Source: a virus
Lineage: Duplodnaviria; Caudoviricetes
DNA length: 58,973 nucleotides
Virus record (IMG/VR): IMGVR_UViG_3300007735_000765
Coordinates: 1-58,973 of that record
Reading direction: 5' to 3' (one strand)
The notes under the pieces were generated by a model. It made no database searches. It was given only the letters and a program-made list of their open reading frames with translations, and was not told the origin of the DNA. This document shows positions 9,924-19,923 of the stretch, piece by piece (position 1 is the first letter of the stretch; every line of letters begins with the position of its first letter). The translations under genes and the position numbers were made by a program.

Positions 9924-9955
9924 AGTATGTTAGTATACACTAACTTAGATCAAAG

Positions 9956-11446
9956 TCAAGTCTTCCAGTCAACTTTTTCCAAGCTAAATGGATAATTTGC
10001 TTCCTTGTAAAATTGTTTGCGTTTAGTTAAATGTCTTTTTGCGAACTTGCAGGTGCTGGTGATGTCCCAAATTTCCACATGATCTTTGTCTTGAGCTTTT
10101 CTGATGCCCCTACCAATACTTTGGATGACTCGCACAAAGCTCTTGCCAGGCTCAAACAGCACCAAGTTAAAGATCCGAGGAATATTAATTCCAACCGCTG
10201 CCACACCGTAAGTTGCGATGATGACTTTATTTGTTGCGCTGGCGACTTCGTCATACTCTTCTTTTCTATCTTTGCTTTTTGTGTTGCCCGAAATGAAAGT
10301 AACATCGGGTTTATCTGACAGTAAACTGAATAAAGTACTTAGTTCAGTCTGCAGAATTTTACCTGTTTCAATACGATCTACTAGGATTAATGTATTGCCG
10401 CTGTCCTTGATCTTATCCACCAAACGTGCAATATGTGATACACGTTCTGTGTTAGTAGTAAGATATTTTAGTTCTGCTTGATATTCTTTGTACTCGACTA
10501 AGTCAATATACTGTAAAATGTTAACATGGCAGTTAGCTAAATGCCCGGCTTCCTGTAGTTCGCTGGCACTGAGCTTGCCTACCACTGGTCCTATGCAACA
10601 ATGCAGAGCTTGGAAAGCATAGTCCTCTTTGGGCACTGTGCCAGTTAGTCCCCAACGAATAGGTATTCTGGCAAACACCGAACTCAGCAGAGTCTTGAGT
10701 GCATCTGCTTTGGCACTGTGTGCTTCGTCAACCATAACACAGACCACATTCTCGATGAAGTCCATTATATGTACATCTGTTTCAAAGTTTTTACTGTTCT
10801 TGAGTAGTGTATTTAGACTTTGCCAAGTACAGATAGTGTGTGTTCGAGTATATTCTTTTCTGTCCCCGAACAGTACACCTACATCCAAACCCATGTTGAT
10901 ATAGTCTGCTTCTGTTTGACGCACTAGGTCTTTACTGGGCACAATTACAATACTACGACCATAATTCTGCACACTTGCAGATAATGCCGCTGTGATCAGC
11001 GTTTTACCAGCACCTGTGGCCACTTCTTGTATGCACTGTGGATTTTCTAAGAATCTATTAATGATCTCAACTTGATAATCCCGTAGCAGTATAGGTGTAC
11101 CCTCCATGGGATGACCTTTGGGCCAATTGACATGGGCGAAGCTAGTTTCGTGGACCTGTCCGAATTCGAATACTGTGCTGTATTCCCTAACGTCGTCTAC
11201 TTCAACATCATAGCCACGTTCTTCTAGATATGGTAGTATGTCTGGCAATAAGTTGATGTAAGTAGTGCCGCCCAGGTTGAAAAAAGGAATCTTTCCGTCC
11301 CACCGACCTAAACGAACCGCGGGCAAATATCTTGCCCCGGGTATCTCATACTTAAATTTGTCTACTAGACGTTTTTTATCTGTTAACTCAAGACCATCGA
11401 TCTTTACGTTTACTTCATCTTTAATTAATAGTTTAGCGATGGCCAT
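9956..11446 (-). CDS. uvsW: UvsW-like SF2 DNA helicase
   Basis: LRDYQ, ATGAGKT, DEAH, TGT and QSIGRGIR motifs; WDGKI N-terminal motif. Confidence 0.9.
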   Translation of the reverse strand: MAIAKLLIKDEVNVKIDGLELTDKKRLVDKFKYEIPGARYLPAVRLGRWDGKIPFFNLGGTTYINLLPDILPYLEERGYDVEVDDVREYSTVFEFGQVHETSFAHVNWPKGHPMEGTPILLRDYQVEIINRFLENPQCIQEVATGAGKTLITAALSASVQNYGRSIVIVPSKDLVRQTEADYINMGLDVGVLFGDRKEYTRTHTICTWQSLNTLLKNSKNFETDVHIMDFIENVVCVMVDEAHSAKADALKTLLSSVFARIPIRWGLTGTVPKEDYAFQALHCCIGPVVGKLSASELQEAGHLANCHVNILQYIDLVEYKEYQAELKYLTTNTERVSHIARLVDKIKDSGNTLILVDRIETGKILQTELSTLFSLLSDKPDVTFISGNTKSKDRKEEYDEVASATNKVIIATYGVAAVGINIPRIFNLVLFEPGKSFVRVIQSIGRGIRKAQDKDHVEIWDITSTCKFAKRHLTKRKQFYKEANYPFSLEKVDWKT

Positions 11447-12498
11447 TATCTTAGGTATATAATTTTTTCGGCATTGATTTGCCAGCTTTCTTTTTTACTA
11501 CCGATCATAGTCTCGGTATAACTGACCATTAACTTAGCAAACACATTATAACTTCTGCCCTTGTTTAGATGTTTTATTTCGTCAGTATCGTCTTTGGGCA
11601 AGCCTGTGGTATAAACATACACAGGCAATCTATTTACTAGTCTAGCATATTCAACTATAGAATCCAAGCTGATATCATCTCGATTAACAGTGCTGGCTCT
11701 TTTATTTACAATACTGCACAGTGTACGATTGTCGCCCAGTATAGCACAGACTTCTTCTTTGATATTATCTGCTACTTCATAGCCCAGCGTTTCGGCATTG
11801 TCTACTAGTCTTAGAATATTATCTTGATTTAATTCTCCAATGTTTTGTTGAACGTATTCAAGCAAGGCCTTGGGTGCGTTGGTAATAGTATATCCGGAGT
11901 CAGATTTTTGTAAGCAGATTTTATGATCCTGTTGTTCCACTGCTAACATTTGATTATAAAGCTGTTCTATTTCTGCAGAGACTTGAATGCCGTGTACGTC
12001 CTTCATGGCCATGACCCAGTTAAGATTACTTTCAGTCATTGACATATACCATATCTTTCGATCATGATCAAAATGTGAATGTCCCCGGCCGTCCTTGGCC
12101 TGCTTTTTAACTGCATCAATTAATTTTACATCATAGGGAAATCGAACTTCAAACATACCATCGACGATGTCCACCCGTTTAGATCTATCTATAACTCGTA
12201 GTGGTGTTCTAAATTGATCCACTACGTCAGGAACAATAACAGGCGGGGTGAGTTTACTTAATTGTCGGCGATACTTGTCTACAATTTTTTTAGCAAGTTC
12301 GCCTTGTTTGTCTGTGTAACCTTTGTTATTGATAGCAGTCTGTTCGGCCAAACTACTGACAATGGCAACATCATATCTGGCCAAACTCAGTGGACTAGGT
12401 TGATTGTCGAAAATGCCCAAGAGTTTTCCCTGGGCGTTTCGCCAGCCACCGATAAATTCTATATAGTCTTCGACGTAGGTAAACTGAAACATACTCAT
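11446..12498 (-). CDS. Hypothetical protein
   Basis: 350-aa ORF coupled to uvsW; VRFPYD...W segment. Confidence 0.65.
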   Translation of the reverse strand: MSMFQFTYVEDYIEFIGGWRNAQGKLLGIFDNQPSPLSLARYDVAIVSSLAEQTAINNKGYTDKQGELAKKIVDKYRRQLSKLTPPVIVPDVVDQFRTPLRVIDRSKRVDIVDGMFEVRFPYDVKLIDAVKKQAKDGRGHSHFDHDRKIWYMSMTESNLNWVMAMKDVHGIQVSAEIEQLYNQMLAVEQQDHKICLQKSDSGYTITNAPKALLEYVQQNIGELNQDNILRLVDNAETLGYEVADNIKEEVCAILGDNRTLCSIVNKRASTVNRDDISLDSIVEYARLVNRLPVYVYTTGLPKDDTDEIKHLNKGRSYNVFAKLMVSYTETMIGSKKESWQINAEKIIYLR

Positions 12499-12531
12499 AC
12501 TTATATTTTACTAGATACAAAGAACAAAGTC

Positions 12532-12558
12532 AAAAAAATCCCTGCCGAAGCAGGGATT
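12532..12558 (-). terminator. Intrinsic terminator
   Basis: AATCCCTGC-TTCG-GCAGGGATT followed by a T-run on the minus strand. Confidence 0.85.
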
Positions 12559-12607
12559 AAAATGGATCACCACAGGAGCTAACTGTGTTTTTGGTGATCC
12601 CAAACTT

Positions 12608-13423
12608 TTACTTGCCCACAGGTAAATTAGGTACAACACCTGCACCTAAGACCAATGTGCCACCTTTGAAGTTGCGAATACCTTCGGCAAGAATGATCTG
12701 TGCTTCCGCCTGCTTCATACGAGTCTGCGCATCCATGTATTGGATAGCACCAGCATTGCTGTTCAGTGCGGCAATACGTCGAGCTTCAGCCTGTGCGGTG
12801 GCCACTTCAACTTCTTTTTGCTTGAGTTCGTTCTTGGCTTTGACCAACTCATTGGCACTGGCCACAATAGCGTCAGCGGGCACAATGTTACGAATTAGCA
12901 CCTGGCTCACATTGATCATACCATCCAGCTTTTCGTCTGCTAGTGTGCGGACTACAATTTCACGAATATCTGCTTCCATGGCCTGCCGATTATCAGCCAT
13001 GTCCAAAGCTTCATACTTACGTGCGCTCTTGTAAATAGCGTTACGAGTAGCGTTGAAAATGTAGTTATACATCAAGTAAACGTCGCCATTGTGTGTAGCA
13101 TGAAAGCTCTTGTTTTTAGTATTATACAAATCGCTGACGTTGGCTTGATTGATGTTATAAACAACCAAAGCATCAAAGTCCTTCATTGTACTGTTGTCTC
13201 GGGCCAAAGGGGTCATGTCTTCGACTTTCACACTTACGTCTTTAATGGGGAAAGTCAGCACTTCACCTACAATAGTTTGATTGAACGACCCAGGCAATAG
13301 TTCAGTGCCGCTGACCTGTTTGTCAAAACCGCGGCGCAGACCAACCTCACCGGTTTCAATACGAGTACAGCCTGCGGCCAGCAGTGAAGCCGCAACAATA
13401 CCAAGAATAGCAAAACGTTTCAT
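12608..13423 (-). CDS. SPFH/Band-7 (prohibitin/HflC-like) lipoprotein
   Basis: Lipobox LAAGC, RIETGEVG and C-terminal coiled coil AQAEA. Confidence 0.85.
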   Translation of the reverse strand: MKRFAILGIVAASLLAAGCTRIETGEVGLRRGFDKQVSGTELLPGSFNQTIVGEVLTFPIKDVSVKVEDMTPLARDNSTMKDFDALVVYNINQANVSDLYNTKNKSFHATHNGDVYLMYNYIFNATRNAIYKSARKYEALDMADNRQAMEADIREIVVRTLADEKLDGMINVSQVLIRNIVPADAIVASANELVKAKNELKQKEVEVATAQAEARRIAALNSNAGAIQYMDAQTRMKQAEAQIILAEGIRNFKGGTLVLGAGVVPNLPVGK

Positions 13424-13433
13424 TTTTAGTTCC

Positions 13434-13610
13434 TTAAAAGAGAATTACGAGAGTGATTAAAATTGCAAAAGTAAGTATAGCACAGACTGCACTGTAGGTC
13501 AAGAGTCGGGCTAATGCCCATTGCTCTTTGCCAGTCATTGACCTTACGGCATTGATGCCGAAAAAGAAAAGACCGAATATAATAATAAAAGCTAGTACGA
13601 CTCTAATCAT
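13434..13610 (-). CDS. Small membrane protein (58 aa, not in ORF track)
   Basis: Hand translation MIRVVLAFIIIFGLFFFG...; two hydrophobic segments. Confidence 0.55.
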   Translation of the reverse strand: MIRVVLAFIIIFGLFFFGINAVRSMTGKEQWALARLLTYSAVCAILTFAILITLVILF

Positions 13611-13765
13611 TTTAGATCACACGCAGTTTTGATTTTGTCAGCATCTATGCCTGCACGAATTGCTTCAATGCGACAGTTGCTTTTGCCGTACTCCATGATA
13701 GCCAACGGAGCAAACATTGCTACAGCAATACCAACACAGAGAATCGCTATCCATTTAGTATCCAT
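13607..13765 (-). CDS. Small membrane protein (52 aa, not in ORF track)
   Basis: Hand translation MDTKWIAILCVGIAVAMFAPLAIMEY...; overlaps both neighbours. Confidence 0.55.
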   Translation of the reverse strand: MDTKWIAILCVGIAVAMFAPLAIMEYGKSNCRIEAIRAGIDADKIKTACDLK

Positions 13766-14157
13766 TACATGATCCTTTCTACATCAGTTTCTTTTTTGTT
13801 TGCAAGAATTGCATACATTTTCTTTTTTTCTTCGCGTTCTTTGGCCAGACGCTGACGCTCAACTTCTTTGGCTTCGTATTTCTTGCGTTTCTTGTCGTCG
13901 CTTAGACGCAGTAACATGTCGTATTGTTGAGCACGGGCCCAACCAGCCATGAAGATTTCAATTTCACGAAATGTTCCAGAATAGATATCAGCGTCCCGGC
14001 TAAACACAGGTAGAGCATCACCATCGGGGTAAAGTGTTACCATGTCCGTGGCATCTTCTCGGCCCCAGCCATGCTTGGGGCTACCTAATCGAAAGCCCAG
14101 AAGTTTGGCCTGTGCTTCAATGCGTTGCCAGCGAGTGTAGGTTGTGTATCCGCTCAT
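13765..14157 (-). CDS. Hypothetical protein
   Basis: 130-aa ORF in the early gene run. Confidence 0.6.
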   Translation of the reverse strand: MSGYTTYTRWQRIEAQAKLLGFRLGSPKHGWGREDATDMVTLYPDGDALPVFSRDADIYSGTFREIEIFMAGWARAQQYDMLLRLSDDKKRKKYEAKEVERQRLAKEREEKKKMYAILANKKETDVERIM

Positions 14158-14468
14158 CGCTTTTTCAATCCCAATAAAATCTGTTCTTCGTTAGTAAGTT
14201 TAGACATTGCCTGCGCTCTAGCTTCTTGTTTTGCCTTTTTGCGAGCCAGTGCTTCTTGCGCTTGACGATCTGCTTCTTTATGAACTAGCCACCAATCGCG
14301 AACTTCGTCGTCTTTGAGTAGCAGGAAATCTTCTTTTTCAAGTTCTTCTAGTGCTTGCATGGCTTTACAGGCAATGCGAGCCAATCGATCATTTTGTTTT
14401 TTCAGTGCTTGAACTTCGCTGTTGGATCGATCGTAACTGCGGTCATCTTCATAGTCTCTGCAAGGCAT
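14154..14468 (-). CDS. Hypothetical protein
   Basis: MPCRDY start with GGAGG RBS. Confidence 0.65.
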   Translation of the reverse strand: MPCRDYEDDRSYDRSNSEVQALKKQNDRLARIACKAMQALEELEKEDFLLLKDDEVRDWWLVHKEADRQAQEALARKKAKQEARAQAMSKLTNEEQILLGLKKR

Positions 14469-14707
14469 GTTAGACCTCCTATGTTGATTTATGCTCCGTA
14501 ATACTCTGTAGACTTTACAGTAAATCCAGATTCACGAGCTTCGTTTGCTTCTTCTATTGTATCTACACTGTACAAAAACAAGTCACCATCCCACACTTGA
14601 TACATAATTAACTTCCAAAAATTGAAAATAAAAATATTAGAAATGCCCAACCGGGATGCCCTGTCATTGCTACAAACAAGGCTAGTATAGTTCCAAAAAA
14701 TACTTTG

Positions 14708-14956
14708 TCAGAATTGTCCATTTTGGCACCTTACACCTTTGCCAAATTCATCAAGGATCTGTCGAGCATTACCTTTTTGATCCATGACGAATTTGTAGCC
14801 TTCGATGCAACGACTTTCGGTAACACCATTGATGCCGATACTGACGTTGCTGTTACCGGATGTTCCAAATAGCAAGGGCATGGCAATTAAAATAACAGTA
14901 GCACCAATGACTACCAGTACCATGATCTCAATCAATGTCATACCCTGCTGTTTCAT
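14708..14956 (-). CDS. Small protein with a type IV prepilin-type N-terminal cleavage/methylation motif
   Basis: MKQQG|MTLIE followed by a hydrophobic helix; C-terminal Cys pair. Confidence 0.75.
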   Translation of the reverse strand: MKQQGMTLIEIMVLVVIGATVILIAMPLLFGTSGNSNVSIGINGVTESRCIEGYKFVMDQKGNARQILDEFGKGVRCQNGQF

Positions 14957-14957
14957 A

Positions 14958-15986
14958 TTAAACTCCTTGGGGCTTCATGCAAGTAGTTGCCGCCATGGCC
15001 TTCCAACGCATAGGAAAGCTCTTGCGCAGATCTGCAATCTTCAGTGCCATACGCAACGACATTTCACGAAGCTTGTTCTTGTTATCGTTCATAAAGTCGA
15101 TAATCTCGTCTTGAGCACACTGCTCAAAATCGTAGTCCTTAAACAATTCGCCGTCTGCGGCAATCTGCTTAATACGCAGGATCTTGTCACGCATAGTGTC
15201 CAAGGTCAAATCCAAATAGTGGCAACGACTCTGCAGAGCTTCCAAGTGGTCACGAAGCTTTTGACTCTTCATGCCGTCAAACTTAAGGTTAGTGATAAAA
15301 ATCACACTTCCGTTAAAGTTAAACTGATCTGGGATGCCTTCACGGCGCAGAGTGCTGGACTCTGACAACCAACTAATCTTACGCTTCTTACCTGAGTCCA
15401 ACGCACCTTTGAGCAAGTTCAAAGAAACGTCATCAAGCAAGATGCTGTCACAGTCGTCAAACACCACAACACAGTTGGGGTCAGAATACTTGTAAAGAGT
15501 TTGATACAAGCCGATAGGGGTAGCACTACCTTTAACAACTTCTGCACGAAGCTTCTTACCGGCAATCTGTTCAAACAGAGTAGCCTTTTCAATCTCTTGT
15601 TCAACACCAAAACTCTTACCAACACCAGGGGGACCTGACACAATCATAGCACGAATGTCGCCATTGGTAGCGGCCTTGGTCATGTCATGCAAAATGTCAA
15701 AACGCTCACGAATACGCTCCATAGCCTGCTCGTCAGTTTCGGTGACTTGAGCTTCTTGGATTTGAGCAGTGACCTGCACATCGCCGGTGACAAATTCGTA
15801 TGCGGCCACACCGTCCACTTTGATGCGGATAGTTTCAGGGCAGTCAGGGAAAGTGTTGTTATTACGAACAGTGACGTGGCCGCCGTTTGCGGTACGCTTA
15901 TACTGCTCAACCAGTTCAAAACACAGACCGTTCACAGTCTTGTTACGATAAGAACCGCTACGAATACGAATAGTTGCTTGCGACAT
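14958..15986 (-). CDS. AAA+ ATPase
   Basis: Walker A GPPGVGKS, Walker B VVVFDDCD, ITN and SRC. Confidence 0.85.
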   Translation of the reverse strand: MSQATIRIRSGSYRNKTVNGLCFELVEQYKRTANGGHVTVRNNNTFPDCPETIRIKVDGVAAYEFVTGDVQVTAQIQEAQVTETDEQAMERIRERFDILHDMTKAATNGDIRAMIVSGPPGVGKSFGVEQEIEKATLFEQIAGKKLRAEVVKGSATPIGLYQTLYKYSDPNCVVVFDDCDSILLDDVSLNLLKGALDSGKKRKISWLSESSTLRREGIPDQFNFNGSVIFITNLKFDGMKSQKLRDHLEALQSRCHYLDLTLDTMRDKILRIKQIAADGELFKDYDFEQCAQDEIIDFMNDNKNKLREMSLRMALKIADLRKSFPMRWKAMAATTCMKPQGV

Positions 15987-16084
15987 CTGTTAGCTCCTTT
16001 GTTGCAATACAGTTATTATAACAAAATACCCATTTTTGGTCAATACCCAAGTAAACTGTAAGGTTAATACTTAGGTATTACTTT

Positions 16085-16309
16085 TTAATTTGTTGGGTTG
16101 CTTTTATATTCTGCGTCAAACTTTGCTTGGGCAAGTTTGGAATCATAGATCATTTTGGTAGCAAAGCATAGGGCTACAATGCTAACAATGCCGCCTAGTA
16201 CTTCCAAAGGAAGCAGGAAAATTGCGGCAGGGACTAGGGTTGCAACGACTGTGAGTCCTGCAATGGTTTTGACTGTTTCTTTGAGTGCTGTTTTTTGGAT
16301 CTGGTCCAT
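16085..16309 (-). CDS. Small membrane protein
   Basis: Two hydrophobic segments; AAGGA RBS; promoter TTGACA-17-TATAAT at 16339-16367. Confidence 0.6.
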   Translation of the reverse strand: MDQIQKTALKETVKTIAGLTVVATLVPAAIFLLPLEVLGGIVSIVALCFATKMIYDSKLAQAKFDAEYKSNPTN

Positions 16310-16413
16310 CTTTGTTCCTTTCTACTTACTATGCCATAATTATAGCAGAAAGGCGAATTATTGTCAAAGACCCGACAATCTACCAGGGTATTACAAAAAG
16401 TAATACTCTAGTA

Positions 16414-16575
16414 TTAGTCATGATCTGCGGCTGTAATTTTCTCGCCCAAATAGGACTTAATGGTGCGCATAAGTTTGCGCTCTGTGTCGTAGACATACTC
16501 TTTGTCTTCGTCTTCAGTATGTACTACAAGAATAAAGCCATTTGCGGCTCGTCGAATTTCAATTGATTCAAACAT
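16414..16575 (-). CDS. Small hypothetical protein (53 aa, not in ORF track)
   Basis: Hand translation MFESIEIRRAANGFILVVHTEDEDKEYVY...; GAGGTG RBS. Confidence 0.6.
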   Translation of the reverse strand: MFESIEIRRAANGFILVVHTEDEDKEYVYDTERKLMRTIKSYLGEKITAADHD

Positions 16576-16630
16576 TAAAAACACCTCAGGGTTAATTGAA
16601 GTGTTATAATAGCATATAATTGTTTAACCG

Positions 16631-17002
16631 TCAACCTATTCGACTAAAAACTTTGTGTAGTACGCGACTAGCCTGTTCGAAATTATGCTCCATTATTTCG
16701 ATATTGGCTAACCCGTAGGCTATTTTACCCATTTCAACATAGTAAGTGTCTGATGGCCAACGACGTCGTTTTAAGGGATAGCTGTTTATCAGTAAGCACT
16801 CGTCTGCTACAGGTTGGTAGTTTGTGGTGCTGAGTATTTGAATAGCGATAGGTTGTTCGCCGATATCAAGGCGTCTAAAGTTTTTGGCAAACAAGTGTAC
16901 AATGTAAGTTTCCACTTCACTGTCTAAATATACCGCACTTTGGCCTTCACTTTCCAATATGAGGTCATAGGCGGCACGAACGTATTCCTGCCAATGATTC
17001 AT
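16631..17002 (-). CDS. Hypothetical protein
   Basis: 123-aa ORF with TAAATA 4 nt upstream. Confidence 0.6.
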   Translation of the reverse strand: MNHWQEYVRAAYDLILESEGQSAVYLDSEVETYIVHLFAKNFRRLDIGEQPIAIQILSTTNYQPVADECLLINSYPLKRRRWPSDTYYVEMGKIAYGLANIEIMEHNFEQASRVLHKVFSRIG

Positions 17003-17012
17003 ATCGTATTTA

Positions 17013-17753
17013 CTAAATTTTTGCGATCATTTCCCGGGCTAGTTCTTCGTCTGATAAAAATGGTGCCATATCGTGTAGTCCTGCCTGTTTGCCATTTTTT
17101 AATGCTTGGCTAGGCTGTATCTCTTGATCCGCTGTACACTTGCAATCAATTATTGCGGGACCTTTGCCGTCAAAGATATTTTGAAAGTTTATTAAATCAG
17201 TTTGCAATCGTGCATCAAAATAGTTCATCCCAAATGTCATGGCCACACCCTTAAAATTTGGGAACCAAAGCCCCGTTTCACTGCTAGTACCATAAACACG
17301 ACCATCAAAATATTTCTGTTGGGTATTCTTAATACTTAGGTAGCCGTTGTTATTTAAAATAATAAATTTAATGTCTAAGTTGTGCTGTCGAACCACTGCC
17401 AACTCTTGTAAGTTAGTCATAAAACTACCATCGCCCACGATACTAATAACAGGTTGACCACTGGCAATAGCTACACCAATGGCCGCTGGTACCGCCCAAC
17501 CCATGTCGGCCTGTGCAGGGCTGAATATAAAACGCTGTGTGGATTTGGCATTTAGTGCTACAGGACCTGCATAACTGATACTACCTGCATCACCCATGAG
17601 AATGTGCTCAGGCGAACTGTGTTTATTCACTGCATCTAATACTGCATAAAGATTTAAAACATAGTCATCGTTGTTTGCGGCAAATTCGGGTTGCATCACT
17701 GGCCATTGTTGTTTCCAGTGATTACATTTTTGAATCCATTCCTGTCTCGTCAT
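17013..17753 (-). CDS. TPP-dependent enzyme, C-terminal TPP-binding half (acetolactate-synthase/YerE family)
   Basis: MGWAVPAAIG and GDGSF...NN TPP motif. Confidence 0.85.
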   Translation of the reverse strand: MTRQEWIQKCNHWKQQWPVMQPEFAANNDDYVLNLYAVLDAVNKHSSPEHILMGDAGSISYAGPVALNAKSTQRFIFSPAQADMGWAVPAAIGVAIASGQPVISIVGDGSFMTNLQELAVVRQHNLDIKFIILNNNGYLSIKNTQQKYFDGRVYGTSSETGLWFPNFKGVAMTFGMNYFDARLQTDLINFQNIFDGKGPAIIDCKCTADQEIQPSQALKNGKQAGLHDMAPFLSDEELAREMIAKI

Positions 17754-18757
17754 AGCATTGCCTCAAAAAAGTTTTCAAGATAGTCGTTGAACTTGTAGTC
17801 AACAACAACAATATCTTTGTTTAGTTCATTCCAGTCGATGTCCACAAGGACTTTTGTGCTTGCCGGACTAAATTGTTTAGGATCATAGCCCACAACACTG
17901 GCATTCAAACTACTGCCTAAAATTAATAATAAGTCTGCGTTTTGCATAGCAAAGTTGCCTGCGCGACTACCGCGTTGACCCACTGCGCCAATGCTTAGTG
18001 CGTGACTGTCTGCTGTATAGTCTCTGGCACCATATGTGCTTACATAAGGAATTTCATACCTCTCGACGAATTTAACAAAGTCGTCAACTACGTTTGCTTG
18101 CCTAATACCATAACCTGCTAGTACTACCGGACGCTCAGCCTTGCTCAATAATTCTTTGACTACTGTATAGTCCTGTGTCTTTACTGTGCTTGCAGGAGGA
18201 TGGAACTGTGCGGGATTCTCGGGCATCTGCGCCAACTGTATGTCGCCTGGGATGTCAATCCATACTGGACCAGGACGACCCATTGTGGCTCTCCATACAG
18301 CTTCTTGTAACGTATACGCAACTTCATCAACGTTGGTAATAAAGTGGGCCATTTTGGTCATTGATTTATAAGTGTCAACAACATGATGCTCTTGAATACC
18401 ATACTTGCGAATGTTAACGCCTTTGGTTTGATTAATATAACCACTGCAAGTATTCAATCGAACATTGCCTGAGATGAATAACACAGGTACACTGTCCTGC
18501 CAAGCATCTAGTACACTGGTTGCACAGTTAGTACCTGCACATCCTGTTGTAGGATTAACCACAGCCAACTTACCAGTGTACTTGCTTTCACCAATAGCCG
18601 CATGGCCTGCGCCTTGCTCATGATGATAGCAAATATATGGCATACCTTGTTTGATAAAGCCGTCGTTAAGGCCAGCGGCGCCGCCGCCCATTAGGCCGTG
18701 TACTCGTTGTACACCAATTGATTTTAAGTAATCAGCGATCCAATCACACACTCTCAT
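17750..18757 (-). CDS. TPP-dependent enzyme, N-terminal and central domains
   Basis: HHEQGAGHAA, GRPGPVWIDIP and NADLLLILG. Confidence 0.85.
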   Translation of the reverse strand: MRVCDWIADYLKSIGVQRVHGLMGGGAAGLNDGFIKQGMPYICYHHEQGAGHAAIGESKYTGKLAVVNPTTGCAGTNCATSVLDAWQDSVPVLFISGNVRLNTCSGYINQTKGVNIRKYGIQEHHVVDTYKSMTKMAHFITNVDEVAYTLQEAVWRATMGRPGPVWIDIPGDIQLAQMPENPAQFHPPASTVKTQDYTVVKELLSKAERPVVLAGYGIRQANVVDDFVKFVERYEIPYVSTYGARDYTADSHALSIGAVGQRGSRAGNFAMQNADLLLILGSSLNASVVGYDPKQFSPASTKVLVDIDWNELNKDIVVVDYKFNDYLENFFEAML

Positions 18758-19923
18758 AGTTTATCTGCCCATTGTTTAATTCTTTTGACTGCCGAAATTA
18801 TACTATCTCGGTCTGTGGCGTAACAAAGCCTGATATGACCAGCACCATGTTCTCCGAAACAACTACCAGGAACAGTGACTACGCCTGCTTGATCCATTAA
18901 CTGTTCACAAACTTCTACATCCGTTAGACCTGTGCCTGTGATATTTGGAAATACATAAAATGCGCCTCCAGGAGTTTGACAGTTGAAGCCCGATATTTCG
19001 TTTAGTCCAGCAACAAGAATATCTCTACGCTGTTTATATTCGTTCATCATATGGTAAACCGAATCCTGTGGACCACGTATGGCTTCAATGCCTGCACTTT
19101 GAATAAAACTACTGACACAACTGCTGGTAGTCTGTAACAATGCACTCATACGATCCATAACTTCGGAAGGTCCAATTAGTGCGCCCAAGCGCCAACCTGT
19201 CATTGCAAATGCTTTACTAAATCCGTTGCTGAGAATAACGTGTGACCGACATTGGTCATACTGTGCAGGACTACTAAAATCGTAGTCATCATAAATCATG
19301 CGACTATAAATTTCGTCACTGTACAAGTAGATGTCTTTTTCTACGCATAAGTCGTAGATGGCTTTAAGTTCTTCCCTGGTCATTACTGCGCCAGTTGGAT
19401 TATTGGGACTGTTGAGGATCAGTAAACGAGTACGATCTGTTATCAGCTCACGTACATCGCTGGCCTGCATCTTAAATCCATGCTGTTCTTTTAGTGGCAC
19501 ACGTACTGCATTGACTCCGCACATTTTGATACTACTATAATATGTGGCAAAACCTGGATCAGGTACTAGTACTTCTTCTCCGGGATCACATAAACAGAAT
19601 ACAGAATAGTAAATGCCCACGTTGGCACCGGGTACTACCAAGACTTGATTCAAATCAGGCAGGAAGCCGCGACTTCTGTAAGTAGCACTACGAATTTCTT
19701 CTCTGAATTCTAAATCACCCCAACTGCTGGTATAGTGAGTTTTACCTTCAGTCAAGGCCCGCACTGCGGCCATAGTAATATTAGCAGGTGTACCAAAGTC
19801 TGGGTCACCAATCTCCATATGGATCATTGAACGACCTTGTGCTTCCAGGCGACGTGCCCTGTCCAAATACTTGAACATAGGTTGTCCGTCAATGTTCTGC
19901 GCCGCTGTGCTTAATTTTTTCAT
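18754..19923 (-). CDS. PLP-dependent class I/II aminotransferase
   Basis: NSPNNPTG, SDEIY and SKAFAMTGWRLG. Confidence 0.9.
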   Translation of the reverse strand: MKKLSTAAQNIDGQPMFKYLDRARRLEAQGRSMIHMEIGDPDFGTPANITMAAVRALTEGKTHYTSSWGDLEFREEIRSATYRSRGFLPDLNQVLVVPGANVGIYYSVFCLCDPGEEVLVPDPGFATYYSSIKMCGVNAVRVPLKEQHGFKMQASDVRELITDRTRLLILNSPNNPTGAVMTREELKAIYDLCVEKDIYLYSDEIYSRMIYDDYDFSSPAQYDQCRSHVILSNGFSKAFAMTGWRLGALIGPSEVMDRMSALLQTTSSCVSSFIQSAGIEAIRGPQDSVYHMMNEYKQRRDILVAGLNEISGFNCQTPGGAFYVFPNITGTGLTDVEVCEQLMDQAGVVTVPGSCFGEHGAGHIRLCYATDRDSIISAVKRIKQWADKL

